From: Gekko japonicus
Taxonomy: Eukaryota
Assembly (NCBI RefSeq): GCF_001447785.1
Contig: NW_015162565.1
Location: 1-64,000, forward strand
Reading direction: 5' to 3'
Length of the DNA stretch: 64,000 bases
The notes under the pieces are model-generated. The model was not told where the DNA came from. It ran no database searches and saw only the letters and a program-made list of their open reading frames with translations. Every line of letters begins with the position of its first letter. Within the stretch, counting starts at the first letter, position 1. Made by a program: the position numbers and the translations under genes. Shown here in pieces: positions 11,664 through 24,819 of this stretch.

Positions 11664-13764
11664 AGCATAAAATGTTCTAAATTAGTATATCTCCAGATCC
11701 TTTTGAAAGAATATCTGCAGGCATTTGGAACATTACAATTGATTCCTCCTTCTATTGCCTTCAGTGGGATGAAGATGGTATGCCCCATTGCATTCTGGCT
11801 TTCATTGGTCTGAAAGAAGGGGAATTGCATTAGAGGTCTATGTAAGAGGTTTACTCAGGAGTATCTTGATTCTGAACTGCTCACAGTCTTTTGAAGTGCA
11901 ATAGTACATTCCTCATTTTTCTCAGCAAAGACGAAAATGTTCTTTGAAGTCCTGCGAGGGTTTCTTCCAGTTTTCCTTTGTTATTTTTACCCTGGGGTAG
12001 AGAGTGGTCTGCAGTGCATTTGAATGGCCAGATGAAATGCAAACTCTGGTAATGATGTGATGGCTGCATCTGGTTGAATGTTCCCTTCTATGCAAGTCTT
12101 AAAGATACAGATCTCAGGCGATGAACTTTGCAACCCTTTTAAGAGAAACATATCTGGAAAAGTGCATTTTTAAAGCAAAATAAAAGAGCTTCCTTTTATA
12201 CTTCAAACTGATTATACGTTTCTAATATTTGAAATATCTGGAAAAATGCTTTCTTGATTTGTTTTATTTTATTTTGCTTTACTTCATTACATGTGACTGG
12301 TATGTGGAGATCCACAAAGAAATATATAAATCCATGCTTAAAATTCCATTTTAAAGAAAATCTTCAGTTGCCCTAAGTTAGTTCCGATATATGACATTAA
12401 GTTGGGGAAGGGTATGTGTATGGAAAGTCTTGACTCTCATGCATAATTATTGCGACGGAACCAAAAAACCCCACATACAAGTCACCATTTCATCAGTTTA
12501 ATGTAGCCTTGAAAAAGTGCAACAGAAGGACAAATTTCAAGAAAATAAAAAAAACCCTACATCCAGAGATTCCCCACAGAAAACTGGGAGTGAGATATGG
12601 CGCATTGCAAACCATAGCCCGAGTTGTTGCCAATTAGCATTGACTCAGAGGGAGCCTGAGCATTAAGATTTTCATTTCTATTTACCCCGGCCACTAAATC
12701 TGTCAGACTGTGAGCCGAGAAACCAAGAGAGGGAAATCAAGACTCTGTTAAACAAGGGCTTTAAAAATCCCTCAAGGTTGCCTACCACATTATAAAAAGG
12801 AATGGAGTGCTGGTTCCTGGGCAGCAGAGCAAACATCTGCATCCCACATCAGGCCAGGTGTTCTGAATCAGGACAAACCAAACCAAAGCCAGGCCAAGCA
12901 TTAATAAAAGAAAGAAAGCAGCAGAAGCCAAGCGTATCTTTTCTGCTTCCTGCTTGCCTGCATCCCCTGCTGTGCCCGCATCTGCAGTTGCAGTCACTTC
13001 TCAGCTGACTAAACCACACCTGGAGTTGCTGATGGGCAGCAGCAGCTGCCTGACACCCACAGACGAATTCCCAGGAGGCATCAGGTGTTTGCATTACTCT
13101 CCCCGGGGGAACAGGGTGCTTGTTCAATGCACAAGCGTATAAGATGTCAGGGTGAATTTGTGTGTTGGTTCATGGTATTTAGGCATTGCGCTGAAACAGT
13201 TCATGGAAGAGATACATCAGGAAGAAAAGTAATGTGACCCAGAGAAAGACTTTCCTTTCCTACCCAAACTGCATTGGATTTGCCTGCGATTTTCCGTATT
13301 TCTGGTTACACACAAAAGCAAGTCTTTTACGTCTTACGCACCATAATTTAAAATACACAGAATTAATTGTCCAATTAAAGAAAGCCTGTATTCTTGTCAG
13401 TGAGATGAAACAAGCTTTACTTTATTCACTGGCTAATTACCCAAATTAATTGAACTATCATTTCATAATTTAACTGTGTCCTTGGATCATTGTTTGGTTG
13501 CAGTTTCATAATCAGAGCTTGTTGTATTTTACTGATATATGTTTGTTGTAAGCCTACACATCCAGAGTTCATTGGGCAAGTAGCCCAAAGCAAAACCTGA
13601 GTCGTTAACATAGATCTATGTCCAAGCTCTGAATCAACTGGCCTTGTGTCACAAGACGAACAATAAAGGCAGCTGCAAAGACAGCTTGGGTCTTATAGAT
13701 TTCAAAGTGGGATTAGATAGCTTCATGGAAAAGTTGTCTATGTGGCTGTTAGTAAGGATAATGG

Positions 13765-13931
13765 TTAAAAATGCCATCAAGTGGCAGCCAACTTATGGGG
13801 TTTTTACCATAGCTTTCCTCTGCATAGCAACCCTGCCTTCCTTGGTGGTCTCCAATTTAAGTATTAATCAGGGCCAACCCTGCTTAGCTTCTGAGATCTG
13901 ATCTTATCAGGCTAGCCTCAACCATCCAAGT
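13765..13931 (-). mobile_element. 5S rRNA-derived SINE
   Basis: ggtggtctcc..aagtattaatcagggccaaccctgcttagcttctgagatctga is the reverse of the 5S internal control region. Confidence 0.8.
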
Positions 13932-14091
13932 TAATGAAGATAGCTAAATGGAAACCCCAATTTAAGAGGCAGTATGGAGACAACAGCAGCAGAAAACTAC
14001 TGCCTTCCAATCCTATTTCTATGCTTCTCTGAAGTTGCTGGCTGTCCATTGTTGGAAATAAGATTCTAGGCAATAGAGGCATTTGGTCAAA

Positions 14092-15016
14092 TGTAACAGG
14101 GCTCCTTTTTGGGAGGAGGGGTTGTTTGTTATAGCTATGGGAGATCACTTCCACTCCACTGAGGGTTCCCCACCCTTATCTTCTGGAGCCTGACCTTAGC
14201 CAGCCTCAGAAAGGGATTGGAAGGCATTCAGGAAGGTGCCACTGGACTCAAAATTTGTTCAAGGTGTGAGTAAGAGAGGCTGGCTGGCTACTTTCCCCTC
14301 CTTGCCCTGGAGACAGGCATGGCTCAAAACATAGGTCAACCAGGATCTATTGATACAGTCAGCAATAATCCCTTCAGTGCCCTAGCCCAACTTCTCCTTT
14401 ACCCATTATTACCCTTGATTAAGCAATGCTTAAGTCTATTCACCTTCTCCATCACACTTCCTGCCTGGTGCTTGTAGGGCCACGAAGCTTCTCCCACTCC
14501 TTTTATCTATTTCCAGTGGAATGATCAATCCATTATCCTCTGGCCAGGAGTCAACCTGCCTCAGGATATGTTTTGCCCTATAAATATGCCTCCCTGCTGA
14601 CCCAGCAGTGTGTTTGTGTGTGTTCTTGGACTTCCCACATACCCCCACTTGAGTGTGGGTCTTATCCTCTTTCTCACTCCTTGAAATGCTGGCTATTTCC
14701 TTTTTTGACTTTCTGTTCCACAAACCTCTTCAAGATCGGTAAATATCATCTATCCCTACAATGCCCGTCCCCTTTCCTCCCTGATTCTCCTCGTTAGTTC
14801 TTGTATGTGTTTTCTGTGTGCACCCTTGTTTTATCTTGTTTTTTAATTTCATCTAATAAAAACCTTTCCAGTTAAATAACAGCCTGGTTATTTTGAGAGT
14901 TCTCTCAAGGACCATCCCCATATACATCGGTGCCTTGATCCCAGTTGCCCCTCCTCTTGCACAGTCTCCAATGCTTATTACCCCCAACTAATTGGAGACT
15001 GCCTCTTTGGGTAACA
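14092..15016 (+). mobile_element. Solo LTR
   Basis: tgtaaca...ggtaaca termini, TATAAA at ~14579, AATAAA at ~14855. The 3' part is homologous to 26480-26695. No clean TSD, so the left boundary is uncertain. Confidence 0.6.
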
Positions 15017-16109
15017 GATTGGCCCCCTCCAGCTCAACCCTCTCCTCCTCAGCTGAACTAGGTGCATTCTCCGTGCTGTGGCTGGGGTGTGTGTGTGGAG
15101 AAGTCCAAGGGCAACCCCAGATGACAGCCAAGGTTTTAGGGCATCACTTAAGAAGGTATAATTAAAACTAATTAAAACTAGTCTAGCAACATCTCACAAA
15201 TATCATGGTGCTTAGCACTGAGGCAAATTCAAGAACTGCCACTGAATTAACACTTGATGTGAATTCAAAGGCTGAAACATCTCTAGAAATGTTGAGGGGT
15301 ATAATGTTGATACTCAAAATTTCTTACAGGCCAGAGAATACTCCATAGGTGCTCCATGAATGGCATAAATTTGTTACATTTGAAAAACTGTGAGTTCCCA
15401 ATATTCACACAGTCAGGCCTGAACTGTCTTTAACATATGAGGATGAACTTTCCCAGCTGTTCACAACGCAATTCTTTCCACTAGCAAACAATATTTCACG
15501 TTCAGAATTTTTTCCAAAAGCTTATCAGAGAGGCGGCAATTATAATATCATGTTGCCTTATGAAAGTGGGTCATGCAGACGGCTGCGTTTTATGTTGAAT
15601 CTTTATGCTGCTGGAAGCTATGATGCATTGCCTCACATGGCTGTGTGCTTCTGCCTTCAAAGAGTTTGCTTCTCAGCTTCACATAGGACCTTTACACTCA
15701 GATCTTCGTTATCACATCAACAAAATGACATATTTTCTCTCTCTTTCTCTCTCTCACTCACTCTCTCTCTCTCTGCAGTACAATAAGATATTTCATCCTT
15801 CAAGGAAATACATTTTTACGCGGGAAAAAATTATTGTCACATGATATGAAGTGTTGCAACTTAATGGTAATCACCTACTAGAGTCCTAGTACAGTAATGG
15901 AATACTTGCTTTGCATATATTAATCCCAAAATTTGGTATCTCTATTTAACCTGTCCATTTTTAGAGCTGGGGTTGGACTTTGCCTGGGATCCTGAAGCTG
16001 AGCTGAGAATCAGTCACTGTCTTGTTATGGCCAGTTGATCCTGACAGGTCCTGAATAAGTTCCTCGGAGTATTGTCTGGAAGCATGTGGAGGTCTAATCA
16101 AAGGCAGTG

Positions 16110-16830
16110 CAGAACAGAACAGAGAACCTTTATTTGGCATAGCATAGATAAATCAAACAGGGGAGAGTTTAAGGGTAGGTACAAAGAACAACATCAATCA
16201 AAATTCCCAATATCTCAAAAACACAAAACAGTCCTAACATGGTTTACAAGATTTACAGAGTATTACTCTTGACTTCCATACATAGGTCAAAAATTCTGCG
16301 ACAGATAGTGTTGTTGCTGGACTCTTGTCTGCTAGGAAAAAATATAAGTCCCTATCCAGAAAGTCTCTCTGCATAGGGAAGAGAGGACGAATCAAGATAT
16401 TGCGCATAGTGGAATATTTAGGACAGCGAAAAAGAATGTGGGTAACAGAATCGGGTTCCCCAAATTACAGTTGCAGAGTCTATCCTTATACGGGACACCC
16501 CTGTATCTACCTGAGACCACTACTGAAGGGAAAAGGTTGAACCTTGCAAGCATAAAAATCCTCCTAAAAACTGGGATTGTCAGATTAGCAATATACGGTA
16601 CCATGGAGGTATGTAGGGGAAGGAGGGGGACTGATTAGGGAGAGCAGACCCCAAGACTACCGGCATTAATGATCTGCGCCTCTATATCCCACATTCTCCT
16701 CTTGACCACCTGCAGTGCATGGTGGTAGAGCATAAAGAAGCTGGTGACCAGGGGAGATAGCCATTTGCAAGGGAGCAGGCTAGAAGGAAGGAACATATAG
16801 GAAAGACAATATGAAGGCAGATTCACCAGA
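16110..16830 (-). mobile_element. RTE-X-like LINE 3' fragment
   Basis: FMLARFNLFPS..GRYRGVPYKDRLCNC leads into a frameshifted C-terminal CCHC finger. Ends aataaaggttctctgttctgttct. Confidence 0.7.
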
Positions 16831-17362
16831 CCACGGACAGCTCCAGATTAGCAAACAGGTTGCTCTCAAAAATGGCAGAACTCACATGTCTTGGTTCATA
16901 CCTAGTTAACTGATCCAAGTCCCAACCCTCTGTGAAATGCATACAGAACTAAAAAAAGCTATATTCTGGCCAGTAGCCTTGCACAGTTTTTCTGCTAAAT
17001 ACATTCTCAGAGGGTCTTCAAGCATGGATTCATTATCAAGGTTGGGACTTGGAGTAAAGAAATAATTTAGAGATGAGATGATATATGATGGTCTGCCTCT
17101 CCTGAATCAAGCGGTCTATGGAGATTATGTTACTGTTTCACTGTTGGCATGAAAGCTCCTTCATGCTGTCTCCTCTGTGTCATTGTGTCCAGAACTATTG
17201 GACTAGTGGCAACCCTAAGAATCAAAGTTTAAAAAAACCCCAAAAACCTAGGAATAACCTATGCTCACCTTTTCCAACCCAGGCATCAGATACTATGAGA
17301 ACTTTTCCCACAGTTCATTTCTAATTCAATCATATCATCATGCCAATGTTAACATAAAGTCC

Positions 17363-17875
17363 AGACTCATGAAAGCTCATCCCCTACCACAAATTTTGTT
17401 AGTCTTTGGCCCCGGTCACACAAGAGGATTTGCCACGTGAGAGGGACAGATCCGGGGCGCATCAAGTGGACGCGATCACACCGCAGCATCTGGGAAGTGG
17501 CACACACCCGTCCCCGATCTGTCCCTTCTGGGCAAAACTGTGCATTAAAAAAAACACTACTACCTACCTGAAAATCTGCTGCAGGGACGGGCGTCTGATT
17601 GCCGGTGCGCCCGTCTCTCCCACAGCATGCGAGGTCCTGCCGAACTGCACATGCACACGCATGGGCAGCGGGCTGGCCTCGCTCTCCGGTCCGTGGCTTC
17701 TTCCCGGCATCTGATCGTGCTGGGGAGGATTTGCACAGTGGCTGGGGGGATCTGTCTGATCCCGCCACCGCGTGTCTCTTTTGGTGCGGCTCAAAAAAGC
17801 CACAGTTTGGCCGCACCTATTTCCCCCAGTGTGACCGGGGCCATAAAGATGCTACTGGACTTACTCTTTTTGACT
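17363..17875. mobile_element. Penelope-like terminal repeat fragment split by a MITE
   Basis: gaaagctcatcccctaccacaaattttgttagtctt and taaagatgctactggact flank the insertion. Confidence 0.55.
17407..17843. mobile_element. CpG-rich MITE (PIF/Harbinger-like)
   Basis: Perfect 15-bp TIR tggccccggtcacac / gtgtgaccggggcca, with many intact CpGs. Confidence 0.75.
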
Positions 17876-18486
17876 GATAAAGTCCAGTAAATTAGTGGAA
17901 GTAAACATGCAGTGTTATTTGTGCTTGCCTGCCATCACTCCATTTATACGTTAGCAAAGGTACTTTGTGCTCACTGATTATATGAACTCACTTGTTAAGG
18001 ACAGATAATTCTGTCATATAGCCTTTACCTTTCCCCTGGGTGTGTGTATCTTAATGAAGCTTTGGGTTATTATTGTAATAGGAATTTCCAGATGGTGGAC
18101 TTATTATCTTGTATTTGAACTATTCACTATTTGGGTAATGGATAGGTATATGTTGATAGGTTTCACAATTAACTCACTCTAATTAATGTATTTCTTTAGG
18201 GTACAAATTACAGCTTCTAGGAAATTGCAGTGATTGCAGTTTTAGTCCCAGACTTGAGCTATGTAAGCAACTTACCTTTTATTTTTAATTTGAAGCTATT
18301 CACATAAAATTCCTAAAGGTATCCTGTATCTAATTCTGATCCAGGACCTCAGCATGCAGATTGCTGAATCCATAGACTGGAGTCAGGTACAGAGTATGGT
18401 GAGCTAATTTCTGTTCAGAGACCCCTGCGTTAGAAGTGGATTGTGCTCCTAAGTCAAAATCTATTTTGGCAAAAGCTTGATTAGAC

Positions 18487-18785
18487 CAGTGATTCCCAAG
18501 ATGGTGCTCGCTAATGCATTTCCTGGCACCCATTTTCTTCTTTCCCCAAACGCCTGTTCCCCAAAGAGCTAATCTGGCTTTCCTCCACTTTTTTGGAACA
18601 GGAGGTGCTTCAGAAGTGGCCAGGCATCAGCATCACCTCTGGATTTGCAGAAATAGCTTCCCCATCCTAGGAGAATGTTTAGCTTGGAATCTCCCCGAGG
18701 GTTGTAGTTGTTGCCCCAGAGCCACTACTACTCTTCCTCAAAACTATAGGAATGCCCACTAGCTCAACAAAGTTGGGGACCCCTG
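18487..18785. mobile_element. hAT MITE
   Basis: cagtgattcccaa...ttggggacccctg termini. 8-bp TSD GATTAGAC / GATTAGGC. Confidence 0.75.
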
Positions 18786-20042
18786 GATTAGGCCATGAAT
18801 CGGCCACCCATGCAACTCTTGTCAGATATGTCTCTGTTCGTGGTGATCAAATAAAGAACTCTGAAGGCTATTACTGTTCCGTCTAGCAGGAGTCATGGAA
18901 TATAGGCAGGGATTCTTGTTTAAATTAATTTTTAAAGTGCAACCTATTTATGTTAAACTTCTCATAGAATGTCTTTAACAGACATTTGAAATTTAGGGGA
19001 AATGTGGAGTACTAAAGCTGTTTGGTGGTCTGCCTGAGGTTCTTTGTGGACTTCTTTTGAATATTATAAAGTATTGTATTTCACAGATCTTTGTAAACTT
19101 TATACAGTTTTCTAAAGATGTGTTTTGTGTTTTAATTGAAACTGACACCACAAGGGGAAGGAAACGACCAACATAGTGATCTAAATGGAGCGCAAACAAC
19201 AGAGGCCCACCAGGGAGGGCCAGGTCTAATGGAGGCAAAGGTACGGGGCTTCAGGTGTCTATGTACCAATGTTCAAAGCTTGGGCAATAAGAAGGAAGCA
19301 GACAGAGGGATATGATTAATAGGCATTACAGAGACATGGTGGGATGATTCACATGATTGGAATGTAAGAGTGGATGGATACTAGTTGTTCAAGAAAAACC
19401 AAAAGGTTTAAAGAGGAGGCAGAGTGGCACTGTATGTGAAGAGAGGGTTTGTTTGTCAGGAAATGCTGCAGGAGGAGGGCGACAACCCAGTGGAAAGTAT
19501 CTGGGTGAGGATGAGGGAAGGAAGGATAAACAGTTATTGTGGTTGGAGTCTGCTACAGCCCTCCTGACCAGGATGAGGAGGTGGATGCTGCCCTCCTTGA
19601 ACAGCTTGACAGGATATCCAAACAACATGACCTGGTAGTTATGGGTGACTTCAACTTCCCTGATGTGTGCTGGGAGACAAACTCTGCAAAGCATCCACAG
19701 TCATGCAACCTCTGACCTGTCTGGATGACAACTTCCTTCATCAAATGGTGGAGGAAGCTATGAGGGGCTCAGCCATACTCGACTTAATATTGATCAACAG
19801 GCAAGAGATGGTAGATGGGGTGAAGGTGGAAGGGACCTTAGGGTGAAGTGACCATGTCCTGCTAGAATTCCTTTTGCTGTGGGGGACCAAAGAATTTTGT
19901 AACCACATGTGTATGTTAGATATGAGAATCAATCCATGAGAAAGACAGCTGAAAGAGGAAGGAGCAAGTGAAGGGTGGGCTCTCCTAAAACAAGAGCTCT
20001 TGGAAGCTCGAGCTGTCACTATTCCAAAAAGAAGGAAACATG

Positions 20043-20272
20043 CAGGGCTCTTTTTGTAGAAAAAGCCCAGCAGGAACTCATTAGCATAATAGGCCACACC
20101 CAACAACAGGAACTCGTTAGCATATTGGGCCACACACCTGACAGCACAGCTCATTAGCACATTAGACCACACCCCCATGTTATCAGAAGTTTGGTTCTCC
20201 AGCCACACCCACCTTTTGCTTGTTATTCTGTTTACCTTGTTTGTTGTCAAAACCCAGGGCTTTTTTGTAGCA
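20043..20272. mobile_element. hAT-type MITE(s) inserted in CR1, running into the gap
   Basis: cagggctctttttgtag start, repeated ctcattagcata..ggccacacc subunits, and a second cagggcttttttgtag at 20255. Confidence 0.6.
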
Positions 20273-20640
20273 NNNNNNNNNNNNNNNNNNNNNNNNNNNN
20301 NNNNNNNNNNNNNNNNNNNNNNNNNNNNNNNNNNNNNNNNNNNNNNNNNNNNNNNNNNNNNNNNNNNNNNNNNNNNNNNNNNNNNNNNNNNNNNNNNNNN
20401 NNNNNNNNNNNNNNNNNNNNNNNNNNNNNNNNNNNNNNNNNNNNNNNNNNNNNNNNNNNNNNNNNNNNNNNNNNNNNNNNNNNNNNNNNNNNNNNNNNNN
20501 NNNNNNNNNNNNNNNNNNNNNNNNNNNNNNNNNNNNNNNNNNNNNNNNNNNNNNNNNNNNNNNNNNNNNNNNNNNNNNNNNNNNNNNNNNNNNNNNNNNN
20601 NNNNNNNNNNNNNNNNNNNNNNNNNNNNNNNNNNNNNNNN
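20273..20640. other. Assembly gap
   Basis: N run. Confidence 1.
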
Positions 20641-20876
20641 AACTCCGTGATGTGCTAAGGGAGGAAAAGGAAATGTTTAAGAAATGGAGGCAAGGACATA
20701 CCTCTAAAGAAGAGTATCTGTGGGTTGCTAAACACTGTAGGTCAGCCATCAAAGAGGCCAAAGCTCACAGTGAGCTAATGTTGGCCAGGGAGGCTTGCTA
20801 CAACAAGAAACTCTTCTTCAGATATGTGAGGAGCAAACACAAGATAAAAGAGGTAATGGGCCCACTGATGAGTGAA

Positions 20877-21428
20877 CATAAGAACATAAGAGATGCCAAT
20901 GTTGGATCAGGCCAAAGGCCCATCCAGTCCAACACTCTGTATCACACAGTGGCCAGAAATACCAGTGCCATCAGGAGGTCCACCAGTGGGGCCAGGACAT
21001 TAGAAGCCCTCCCACTGTTGACCCCCCCAAGCACCAAGATGACAGAGCATCACTTGCCCCAGAGTCCCTATCTATACCTTGTGGCTAATAGCCACTGATG
21101 GACCTCTGCTCCATATGCTTATCTAATTCCCTTTTGAAGCCGTCCATGCTTGTAGCCGCCACCACTTCCTGTGGCAGTGAATTCCAAGTGTTAATCACTC
21201 TTTGGGTGAAGAAGTACTTCCTTTTATCCGTTCTAACCCGACCACTCAGCAATTTCATGGAGTGCCCATGAGTTCTTGTATTGTGAGAAAGGGAGAAAAG
21301 TACCTCTTTCTCTACCTGCTCTTTCCCATGCATAATCTTATAAATCTCAATCATGTCACAGTCACCCCTCAGTCGTCGTTTCTCCAAGCTAAAGAGCCCT
21401 AAGCGCCTTAACCTTTCCTCATAGGGAA
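20877..21428 (-). mobile_element. CR1 3' fragment (different subfamily) nested antisense in CR1
   Basis: YEERLRRLGLFSLEKRRLRGD..FFTQRVINTWNSLP, (TTCTTATG)n tail, TSD AGTGAA. The host reads GPLMSE|NGETLTEDREKAE across the insertion. Confidence 0.9.
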
Positions 21429-22924
21429 AGTGAAAATGGAGAAACTCTAACAGAGGACAGAGAGAAAGCAGAAGGCTCAATGCCTATTTTGCCTCAGTTT
21501 TTTCCCTGAAGAAGAGATCAGGCTCATCTAGAGATGGTAGAAGGCAAGTCATAGCATCTGGGCTGCTGGTTGACATGGATAGAGAGGTAGTTGAGAAGTA
21601 CCTGGCTGCATTGAATGAGTACAAATCCCCTGGGCCGATAGTATGCACCCAAGAGTGCTCAAAGAACTTTCTAGAGAGCTTGCAGAGCCTTTGTCGATCA
21701 TCTTCCAGACCTCTTGGAGGACAGGAGACTTGCTACAAGACTGTAGGAGGACGGATGTTTTCCCAATTTTCGAAGAAGGGAGGAGGGATGACCCAGGAAG
21801 CTACAAGCCAGTCAGTCTGACCTCTGGTTGGAGAACCGCACTCAGTTGTCAATGGCATTTCATCTGAATGGAGGAAGGCGTCCAGTGGGATGCTACTGGG
21901 CCCGGTACTTTTCAAGATTTTTATAAATGATCTGGATGAGGGTGTGGAGGGACTACTCATTACATTTGCAGATGACACTAAATTAGGAGGAGCAAAGAAC
22001 ACACCAGAAGATAGAGATAGAATTCAATGAGATCTGAACACACTGGGAAAGTGGGAGGATGTGAACAAGATGCAATTTAACAAGGATAAATGCCAAGTTC
22101 TACATCTGAGTAACAAAAATGAAGAACACGCATACTGGATGGGGAATACACTTCTGAATAGCAGCATGTGTGAACAAGTTCTTAGGGTAAGGGTGGACTG
22201 AAAGTTAAATATGAGCCGTCAGTGTGATGCGGCGACAAAAAAGGCTAATGCAATTTTGGGCTGTATCAGCAGAGGCATAATATTCATAGTCATGCTGTAC
22301 ACTGCATTGGTCAGGCAGCACCTGGAATATTGTGTGCAGTTCTGGAGGCCTTACTTCAAACAGGACGTGGACAAAATGGAGCGCGTGCAGAGAAGAGCGA
22401 CAAGGATGGTCAGGGGGCCTGGAGACCAAGCCCTATGAGGAAAGGCTAAGGGACTTGGGAATGTTTTGTCTGGAGAAGAGGAGGAGGGGGGGACATGATC
22501 AATTTAAGTATTTGAAGGGCTGTCACTTAGAGGAGGGCAGGGAGCTGTTCCTGTTGGCAGCAGAGGATAGGACTCAAAATAATGGGTTTAAATTAAGGGC
22601 AGGAAGGTACTGGCTGGATATTAGGAAATACTTTTTTACAGCAAGAGTTGTGCAACAGTGGAATCAGCTGCCTTGCGAGGCAGAGAGCTCCACCTCACTG
22701 GCAGTCTTTAAGTAGTGGCTGGACAAACACTTGTCAGGGATGCTCTAGGCTGATCCTGCATTGAGCAGGGGGTAGGATTAGATGGCCTGTATGGACCCTT
22801 CCAACCTGTGATTCTATGATTCTATGAGTTTATTGTAGATGTGCTGGTACAGAATTTTATTATATTTTCTATTTTCAAAAAAATGGTAGAAAGCCATAGT
22901 ATAGATATACTCAGATGAAGCTCA

Positions 22925-24183
22925 TCTATATATAAAAAAGAAAGTCCCCTCACCGTAAAATCAATGCCCAGGCCAAACCACTGGACCTAGAGACACCAAA
23001 TTCGGGGAGAGCACTCCCACAATGGCATAGGTGCTCACTAAGAAGAGATTTTTAGAAATCTGACCCCTAAGTGGGTCAAAAGGGGGAAATGTGCTCCCCC
23101 CATTGATTCCTATGCGGCTGCAGGCAGCTGCCTCTCTGCACCCCCACCCCCACCCCACCCCATTGGTCAGCTGCAGATCTTAGAATTCTGAGATAAAAAA
23201 AACCCCAACAGTTACAGGGGACTGCAGACAGCTAATGACAGTTGAGGAAATCGGGAGTGGCCAACAAGCACCTGTGAAGTTCAGTAATCTGCTGGCCCAG
23301 AGTCTCCAATGGCTTCCAACACACTCCCCCCCACCTCCTCCACCTAACCGGCAGCTGTCTGTCAGGNNNNNNNNNNNNNNNNNNNNNNNNNNNNNNNNNN
23401 NNNNNNNNNNNNNNNNNNNNNNNNNNNNNNNNNNNNNNNNNNNNNNNNNNNNNNNNNNNNNNNNNNNNNNNNNNNNNNNNNNNNNNNNNNNNNNNNNNNN
23501 NNNNNNNNNNNATGAATGTTTATGGGGAGATAGTAAAAGACATTTCTAGGAGCCATTTCAATGCGTGCCTCCCTCATGAACCTGAAGAAATGTCCACCAC
23601 ATCACCACTCCCTCACACCAACTCCGCCTCACACCTCTCACCTCTTACTGCCCCCAAGAAGGCTCCTGGCAAACGTTGAGCCAGATACACCAATGCTACA
23701 AGGAGGAGGCAACTTAGGAATGCGGCAAAGACATTTACACATAGTACTCCTGCAGTGTGCTGAGCTGCACAGGCCAAGTATCAGCAAGATCACCCTGAGG
23801 GGCTCAGAACAACACAGTCTCCATATGAGCAAAACAATCCAGGAACACAAGTAGAAAGGCCATCACTTTCGTGGAAGGTGGCAGGAGTTGACTTAACAGA
23901 CGACTGCTTCTTAAATGGACAGGTCTATGTGGCCTGCTCCAGAGTGAGCTCACCAAGCAGCCTGGTGATCCTAGCACCTGAGAATAGAACCACCAATGTG
24001 GTCTAGAGAGAGGTCCTTCAGTAGAGAGAAAAAAAGTACGTATGTCTCACTTCATTTCTTACACTACAGTCTTCTCTGTTAGAATTCCTACAACAAATGT
24101 CATATTTCAAATTTCACATCATCAGTATTATAACTGGATTTATGGAACTTAAATACCGTAGCAAAGCATGGGTAGCAGGCTAG
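22925..24183 (+). mobile_element. Helitron, internally deleted, with Pif1-like helicase C-terminal remnant
   Basis: A|TCTATATATAAAA 5' end. 23875-24024 encodes KVAGVDLTDDCFLNGQVYVACSRVSSPSSLVILAPENRTTNVV*REVLQ*. Subterminal hairpin ccgtagcaaagcatgg, then CTAG|T, with no TSD. Confidence 0.9.
23367..23511. other. Assembly gap
   Basis: N run. Confidence 1.
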
Positions 24184-24461
24184 TATTTTTATAAGAATTA
24201 TATGACATTTGGGGGATGATCCATTCCTTTCTTGCATTTGTTCTTCAGTGTGCACTGCTCTGCATTTGAAATTCTCTGTCTGTTGTCTCCCTATTCCTGC
24301 CACTCCCATGCATGCACAATTGCACAAATGCAAGGAAGGACTGGATTATCCCTTAAGATAATAAGTCAGAAGTCATTTGATACTGCTTCAAAAAATATTG
24401 TAGGCATTAGCCTCAGCTTTAGTAGCCAACATCTTTTCTTTCTCTGAATGCAGAAGTGTAT

Positions 24462-24666
24462 GTGTGTGTATAAAGTACTATCAAGTCACAACCAGCCTAC
24501 AGTGTCTTTGTAGGGTTTTCAAAGCAATAGATGAACAGAGGTGGTTTGTCATGGCCTGCTTCTGCATAGCAACCCCGTGCTTCCTTAGCAGTCTCCCGTA
24601 CAAGTACTAACCAGTGCTGATCCTACTTAGCTTATGATATCTGACACAACTGAGATAGCCTGAATG
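24462..24666 (-). mobile_element. 5S rRNA-derived SINE
   Basis: agtctcccgtacaagtactaaccag..cttagctt..atctga is reverse 5S, with an RTE-like tail to the left. Confidence 0.75.
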
Positions 24667-24819
24667 GAAATAAACACTATATATTTTTTAAAAATCCAGA
24701 TCTATCATCGCCCAAGTCAGTATAAGTTAGCCTCCAAAAAAAGTACAAATGTATTGTAAAGTACAGATGATAGCTAGCCACGCACTGATAACCTCACTGA
24801 AAAATCCCCACTTGGCTTG

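Larger units (their letters stand above)
19150..22827 (+). mobile_element. CR1 LINE ORF2 (endonuclease to RT to 3' tail), degenerate, with nested insertions
   Basis: [59 protein letters not shown] motifs and an (ATTCTATG)n tail. Many stops, frameshifts and deletions. Confidence 0.92.

Noticed and set aside
17367-17890. Overlapping ORFs or a CpG-island promoter
   Set aside because: Explained by a GC-rich MITE bounded by TIRs.
20177-20761. Long ORFs of 155-192 aa
   Set aside because: Artefacts of translating through the N gap; the same applies to 23235-23577.
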